Positions 20,634 to 24,000 of a stretch of 24,000 nucleotides of DNA are shown here, in pieces. The notes under the pieces are model-generated. The model searched no databases. It had not been told where the DNA came from and saw nothing but the letters and a program-made list of their open reading frames with translations. The stretch comes from Alphaproteobacteria bacterium. Lineage in GTDB: Bacteria; Pseudomonadota; Alphaproteobacteria; Ferrovibrionales; Ferrovibrionaceae. The DNA lies in assembly GCA_026126165.1 (NCBI GenBank), contig JAHCJR010000051.1:1015-25014 (forward strand), in the 5' to 3' direction. The position numbers were made by a program, and so were the translations under genes. Position 1 is the first letter of the stretch. Every line of letters begins with the position of its first letter.

Positions 20634-20921
20634 ATGTCGCGATTTTCGATTCTGGCGTTCTGTCTCGCCATGTCGGCCATAGTTCCGATCGAGGCGCGCG
20701 CGCAGGCGCCCGACAGTGCATCGGAGCAGGCTTATTGCGCGGCGCTGGTGCGCCAGTTCGATCGCTACTACGTGCGCGGCGAAGGCGGCACCGGTTCGGT
20801 CGGCAGTCTCGACCGGGCGCTGGGCGACAAGCTTTGCCGGGACGGCCGCTACGCGGAAGGGCAGGAGCGCCTGCGCCGCGCGATCCGCGCCATCGGCTTC
20901 GTCCCGGTCGAGCGTCCCTGA
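20634..20921 (+). CDS. small secreted hypothetical protein (signal peptide, 2 Cys)
   Basis: The 95-aa ORF starts 14 nt after the ABC stop and is preceded by GGAGGG. The N-terminus MSRFSILAFCLAMSAIVPIEARA-QA looks like a Sec signal peptide with an AxA site. I recognise no family. Confidence 0.55.
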   Translation: MSRFSILAFCLAMSAIVPIEARAQAPDSASEQAYCAALVRQFDRYYVRGEGGTGSVGSLDRALGDKLCRDGRYAEGQERLRRAIRAIGFVPVERP

Positions 20922-20923
20922 AC

Positions 20924-22324
20924 TCAGCGTTCGGTCAGCTTCATCTCGATGCGCCGGTTGCGGCGGTAGGCGATCTCGTCCGAACGCGGGTCGAGCGGCT
21001 GGAACTCGCCAAAGCCCGCAGCGGCGATGCGCGATGGCGGCACACCGCGGCTGATCATGTATTTGCTCACCGCCACGGCGCGCGCCGTGGAGAGTTCCCA
21101 GTTTGAGGGAAATTGCGGCGTGCTGATCGGCAGCGCGTCGGTATGGCCGTCGACGCGCAGGATCCAGGGCAGCCGGTCCGGGATGCGCGCCGAGACCTGG
21201 ATCAGGGTGCGCGCGATGGAATCGAGCTGGCGCCGGGCATTCTCGCTCAATTCGGCCGAGCCGCGGTCGAACAGCACCTCCGACTGCAGCACGAACCGGT
21301 CGCCGACGATCTGCACGTCCGGGCGGTTGCCGAGCACCTTGCGCAACTCGCCGAAGAACTCCGAACGGTACTGCGAGAGTTCCTCGACCTTCTGCGCGAG
21401 CGCCAGGTTGAGCCTGCGCCCGAGATCGGCGATCTGGACCTGGGATTCCTTGTCCCGCGCTTCCGCCACTTCCAGCGCGGCCTCGAGCCGTGCGAGCTGG
21501 GCGCGCAGCGCGGCGATCTGCTGGTTGAGCAGATCCACTTGCGCGCGGGCCTCCTCGGACACTTTCGTCTCGCCTTCGAGCCGGTCCTGGGTCTGGAGAT
21601 AGAGGCTCTGCAGCTGCGAGAGGCGAATCTCGCGCTGCTCGATCTCCTTCTGCGCCAGCAGCGTGCGTTCGCGCTCGTCGGCAAGGCGGGCTTCCAGCTC
21701 GCGGGTCCGGTCGCGAAGCTGTCCGCGCTCGCTTTCCAGACTGCCGACCCGGCCTTCCAGTTCCTGGCTACGGGTGCGCAGGCGCTCGCGCTCGTCGGCA
21801 AGCTCCGTGACCCGGCCTTCCAGTTCCCGGCCGCGGGTGCGCAACTGCTCGCTCTCGCCGGTGAGTGCCGCGACCTGGCCCTCCAGTTCGGCGCGAAGCC
21901 GGCGCAATGCGTCGATGTCGCGCTTGAGGCTCTCCAGTTCGGCGAGGCGCAGCCTGATTTCGTCCTCGCGCACGGCGAGCGACTTTTCCGCCTCCTCCGA
22001 TCGCCGCGTCAGGGCGTCGACCTTGAGCACCAGTTCGTCACGCTCCATTTCCGTGCGCGCCAGGCTCGCGCTCAGCACGGCAAGCGACTCGCGGAGGTCG
22101 GCGTTCTGCCTGCGCTCGAGATTGAGGGTCTCGGCCAGTTCGGCAATCTGCGCCGAGAGTTCCTTGAGGGCCCGGTCCCGTCCCGACAGGGCCTGCGTCA
22201 GGAAGTTCTGCGCCAGGACGAAGACGGTAAGCAGGAAGACGATGACCAGCAGCAGCGTCGACAGCACGTCGACGAACCCTGCCCAGGGATCGTAGCCCAG
22301 TCGCTTGGTGCGCGCCCGCGCCAC
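20924..22324 (-). CDS. MotB-like peptidoglycan-anchored protein with long coiled-coil spacer (N-terminal TM with Asp, C-terminal OmpA_C domain)
   Basis: The 466-aa ORF has a GTG start 6 nt after the MotA-like stop. The TM segment is WAGFVDVLSTLLLVIVFLLTVFVL, with an Asp as in MotB/ExbD/TolR. Residues ~45-320 are E/R/L/A/Q-rich heptad-like sequence. The C-terminus (RVDGHTDALP...NWELSTARAVAV..Y....GV...RI...GFGE..P......NRRIEMKL) is an OmpA/MotB peptidoglycan-binding domain. Confidence 0.8.
   Translation of the reverse strand: MARARTKRLGYDPWAGFVDVLSTLLLVIVFLLTVFVLAQNFLTQALSGRDRALKELSAQIAELAETLNLERRQNADLRESLAVLSASLARTEMERDELVLKVDALTRRSEEAEKSLAVREDEIRLRLAELESLKRDIDALRRLRAELEGQVAALTGESEQLRTRGRELEGRVTELADERERLRTRSQELEGRVGSLESERGQLRDRTRELEARLADERERTLLAQKEIEQREIRLSQLQSLYLQTQDRLEGETKVSEEARAQVDLLNQQIAALRAQLARLEAALEVAEARDKESQVQIADLGRRLNLALAQKVEELSQYRSEFFGELRKVLGNRPDVQIVGDRFVLQSEVLFDRGSAELSENARRQLDSIARTLIQVSARIPDRLPWILRVDGHTDALPISTPQFPSNWELSTARAVAVSKYMISRGVPPSRIAAAGFGEFQPLDPRSDEIAYRRNRRIEMKLTER
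21665..21889 (-). repeat. intragenic tandem repeat, 63-bp (21-aa) period, about 3.5 copies, within the MotB-like coiled coil
   Basis: The protein units are ELEGQVAALTGESEQLRTRGR / ELEGRVTELADERERLRTRSQ / ELEGRVGSLESERGQLRDRTR / ELEARLADERER (residues 146-220). The DNA units share long near-identical stretches, for example CGGCCTTCCAGTTCC.GGC..CGGGTGCGCA occurs twice. Confidence 0.7.
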
Positions 22325-22330
22325 GGCGGA

Positions 22331-23470
22331 TCAGCCCTTGCGCTCTTCGTCCGCCAGGGCGGCGATGGTGCGCGTCAGCAGCCTGATCTCGCTGCGCATC
22401 TCCTGAGAGAGCTGCTGGCGTCCCTCGCGCAGTTCCTCGAGCATCCGCGTCGCATAGACGTCGAGATTGCGCAGATGCGTCCGGCTCGCCTCGTCGAGGC
22501 CGCCCATGTCCTGCGCGCCGGCGAGCTTGGCCAGCACCGGCTTGAGTTCCATCTGGCTTTCCGCGAGGCGCACCAGCAGCGACTGTTCGGCGCGCATCTG
22601 GTCGCCGAGCGTCGCCAGCCGCTCGGAGAGCTGCAGCAGCGCGTGATTGGCGGAATTTCGCGCATCCTCGCCGCGCGCGATGGTGCGCTGGAGATTGTCC
22701 AGGCTGTCGGCGGTCTGTTCCAGCAGCGCCTGGACATAGGCCGGCACGGAGGCATCCGCCTCGATCGCCAGTCCGCCGCGGGTGATCTTGGTCTGCGAGG
22801 CGAGCCACTCCTCGAACTCATTGTAGAAGCGGTTCTGCGCCTGGCCCGCCTGCAGGTCGAGGAAGCCCAGCACCAGCGATCCGGCGAGGCCGAACAGCGA
22901 GGACGAGAAGGCGGTGCCCATGCCCGAGAGCGGATGTTCGAGGCCGCTCTTGAGCTGGGCGAAAAGCTGGCCGAAATCGCTGCTTTCCGGTGCCAGCGCC
23001 CGGATCGTCTCGCCGACCGAGCTCACCGTTTCCAGCAGGCCCCAGAAGGTGCCGAGCAGGCCGAGGAAGATCATGAGGCCGATCAGGTAACGGGAAATCT
23101 CCCGCTCCTCGTCGAGCCGGGCGCTGATCGAATCGAGCAGCGAGCGCGTGGAGAGGGTGGAGAAGGAGATGCGCTGGTTGCGATCGCCGAACATCGCCGC
23201 CATGGGCGCGAGCAGGCGCGGCGCCGGCGGCAGCGAGATGCCGGGCTCCGGGCGGCGGAAATTGTTCAGCCATTCCACCTCGGTGCGCAGCAGGAAGACC
23301 TGGCGGAAAATGAAGCCGATGCCGAACAGCAGCACCAGCAGGATCAGGCCGTTCAGCAGCGGATTGGCCAGGAAGGCGCGCTGCATCGGCATGAAGAGCA
23401 ACGCCGAGACGCCGGCCACCGCCGCGAGGAAGAGCGCCATGCGGGTCAGGAAGCGTTGCGGTCTGGTCAT
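22331..23470 (-). CDS. MotA/TolQ/ExbB-family proton-channel protein with ~170-aa C-terminal helical tail
   Basis: The 379-aa ORF has ATG at 23468-23470, preceded by GGAGAC. It has four hydrophobic segments in a 2+2 MotA-like layout. Family signatures are FLGLLGTFWGLLETV and GMGTAFSSSLFGLAGSLVLGFLD. Residues ~210-379 are helical, charged and coiled-coil-like. Confidence 0.8.
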   Translation of the reverse strand: MTRPQRFLTRMALFLAAVAGVSALLFMPMQRAFLANPLLNGLILLVLLFGIGFIFRQVFLLRTEVEWLNNFRRPEPGISLPPAPRLLAPMAAMFGDRNQRISFSTLSTRSLLDSISARLDEEREISRYLIGLMIFLGLLGTFWGLLETVSSVGETIRALAPESSDFGQLFAQLKSGLEHPLSGMGTAFSSSLFGLAGSLVLGFLDLQAGQAQNRFYNEFEEWLASQTKITRGGLAIEADASVPAYVQALLEQTADSLDNLQRTIARGEDARNSANHALLQLSERLATLGDQMRAEQSLLVRLAESQMELKPVLAKLAGAQDMGGLDEASRTHLRNLDVYATRMLEELREGRQQLSQEMRSEIRLLTRTIAALADEERKG

Positions 23471-23649
23471 CGGCGTCTCCGGGCGGAGTTGGGGAAGCGG
23501 CGGGCGCGCGCCGCCGCCCGGCGAGGCGCTCCCTGATACTGACCGGTGGATAATGGCCGGTCGGAGCCCTGCCGCGTCAAGGCCGGAGCGTAGCCGAGTC
23601 GGTCAAAAAGCCCATGACCCCGCTTCACATTTCCGCCAAGGCAGGCCGT

Positions 23650-24000
23650 TCAGCGTGCGGCGGGCAGCAGGTCGACGCGGTTCCGGGGGCCGCTATCGGT
23701 CGGGCCGACGGCGCGCACATCGATCCGCGTCGCGGCGATGCCGCGTTCGGTCAGGTAGGCACGCACCGCCAGCGCGCGGGAGAGGGCAAGCCGCTTGGCC
23801 GCCGCCGGGCTGTCGCCTTCCGCATAGGCATTGACCTGGACCCGCTCCTGGGTATTGGCGTTCAGCCGGTCGGCCAGCGCGGCGAGCTGGCCTTCCGCGG
23901 CCCGGGCCAGGCCCGGACTGCTGCCCTCGAAGGGAATGCTGATCGGCAGGTTCACGCCGCCGGCGGGCAGTGCTGCGGTCTGGGCCGGCGCGGCTGCCGG
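23650..24000 (-). CDS. OmpA-like domain protein (C-terminal part; 5' end outside the window)
   Basis: The frame stays open from 23955 to the window edge with no stop, so the gene probably starts beyond 24000. F.GSSPGL......L..LA..L.......V.V.AYA...........LSRALAVRAYL...GI...RI.V...G fits an OmpA_C-like fold. Confidence 0.65.
   Translation of the reverse strand, partial: PAAAPAQTAALPAGGVNLPISIPFEGSSPGLARAAEGQLAALADRLNANTQERVQVNAYAEGDSPAAAKRLALSRALAVRAYLTERGIAATRIDVRAVGPTDSGPRNRVDLLPAAR

Noticed and set aside
20924-23470. Calling the MotA/MotB-like pair a Zorya (ZorAB) anti-phage system.
   Set aside because: No zorC/zorD/zorE-like genes are adjacent. The long coiled coil is on the MotB-like (periplasmic) partner rather than forming a very long ZorA cytoplasmic tail. 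The flanks look like conserved core genes, not a defence island. The resemblance is noted only as an analogy.
21113-23536. An 807-aa + strand ORF antisense to the MotA/MotB-like genes. Similar cases are 18811..20721 antisense to the ABC gene and 3901..5274 / 3491..4714 antisense to pxpBC.
   Set aside because: These are shadow ORFs opposite strongly supported genes. Their low-complexity R/A/G/E/L composition mirrors the sense-strand codons, and they have no SD or recognisable domains.
23541-23580. A possible promoter for the MotA-like gene (TTGACG ... CATTAT) and a GACCGG/CCGGTC hairpin.
   Set aside because: The spacer is 19 nt and the -10 match is poor. The 6-bp stem is not significant. It remains open whether the MotA-like gene is co-transcribed with the upstream OmpA-like gene.
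23585-23612. A tRNA-like D-arm resemblance (GGAGCGTAGCCGAGTCGGTCAAAAAGC) in the spacer upstream of the MotA-like gene.
   Set aside because: I could not build a complementary D-stem, anticodon arm, T-arm (GTTCGAATC-like) or acceptor stem, so it is not a tRNA or a convincing tRNA remnant.

Overview
This is a visibly GC-rich (roughly two-thirds G+C by eye, not computed), gene-dense chromosomal segment. Gene content and regulatory signatures point to an alphaproteobacterium, probably Hyphomicrobiales/Rhizobiales-like: a ROSE-type leader on a small heat-shock gene, RcdA/DUF1465, a Cys-less L31, frataxin-like CyaY, an R. etli-type asparaginase and REP-like CCCTCTCCCAC palindromes. I can support 28 CDSs, one truncated at the right edge. 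I see no rRNA, tRNA, CRISPR, transposase or integrase.

Positions 1-17000 are mostly housekeeping or accessory metabolism:
- several SDRs and two quinone-oxidoreductase-like MDR enzymes
- a split MFE-2-like dehydrogenase/hydratase pair and a GST
- the pxpBCA 5-oxoprolinase operon, with ATGA-overlapping genes
- a SpoU/TrmH methyltransferase and a class-3 asparaginase
- a SAM methyltransferase with an unusual C-terminal domain, and a DinB-family protein
- acetoacetyl-CoA synthetase, an EamA transporter, a PCD and a minimal zincin

Positions 16.8-20.9 kb hold hsp20 (candidate RpoH promoter plus ROSE-like thermometer), rcdA-like, rpmE, cyaY abutting an ABCB10-like ABC exporter, and a small secreted orphan.

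The most interesting part is the right end (20.9-24.0 kb). It is an orphan stator-like module on the minus strand: a partial OmpA-like gene, then a MotA/ExbB-family channel with a ~170-aa helical tail, then a MotB-like peptidoglycan anchor. The anchor carries a ~275-aa coiled coil containing 63-bp tandem repeats. No flagellar, Ton, Tol-Pal or Zorya partner genes are in the window.

Many very long ORFs in the six-frame track are antisense or out-of-frame artefacts of GC richness, and several true starts lie well inside track ORFs. All functional calls rest on motif recognition and remembered homologs, not on database searches.
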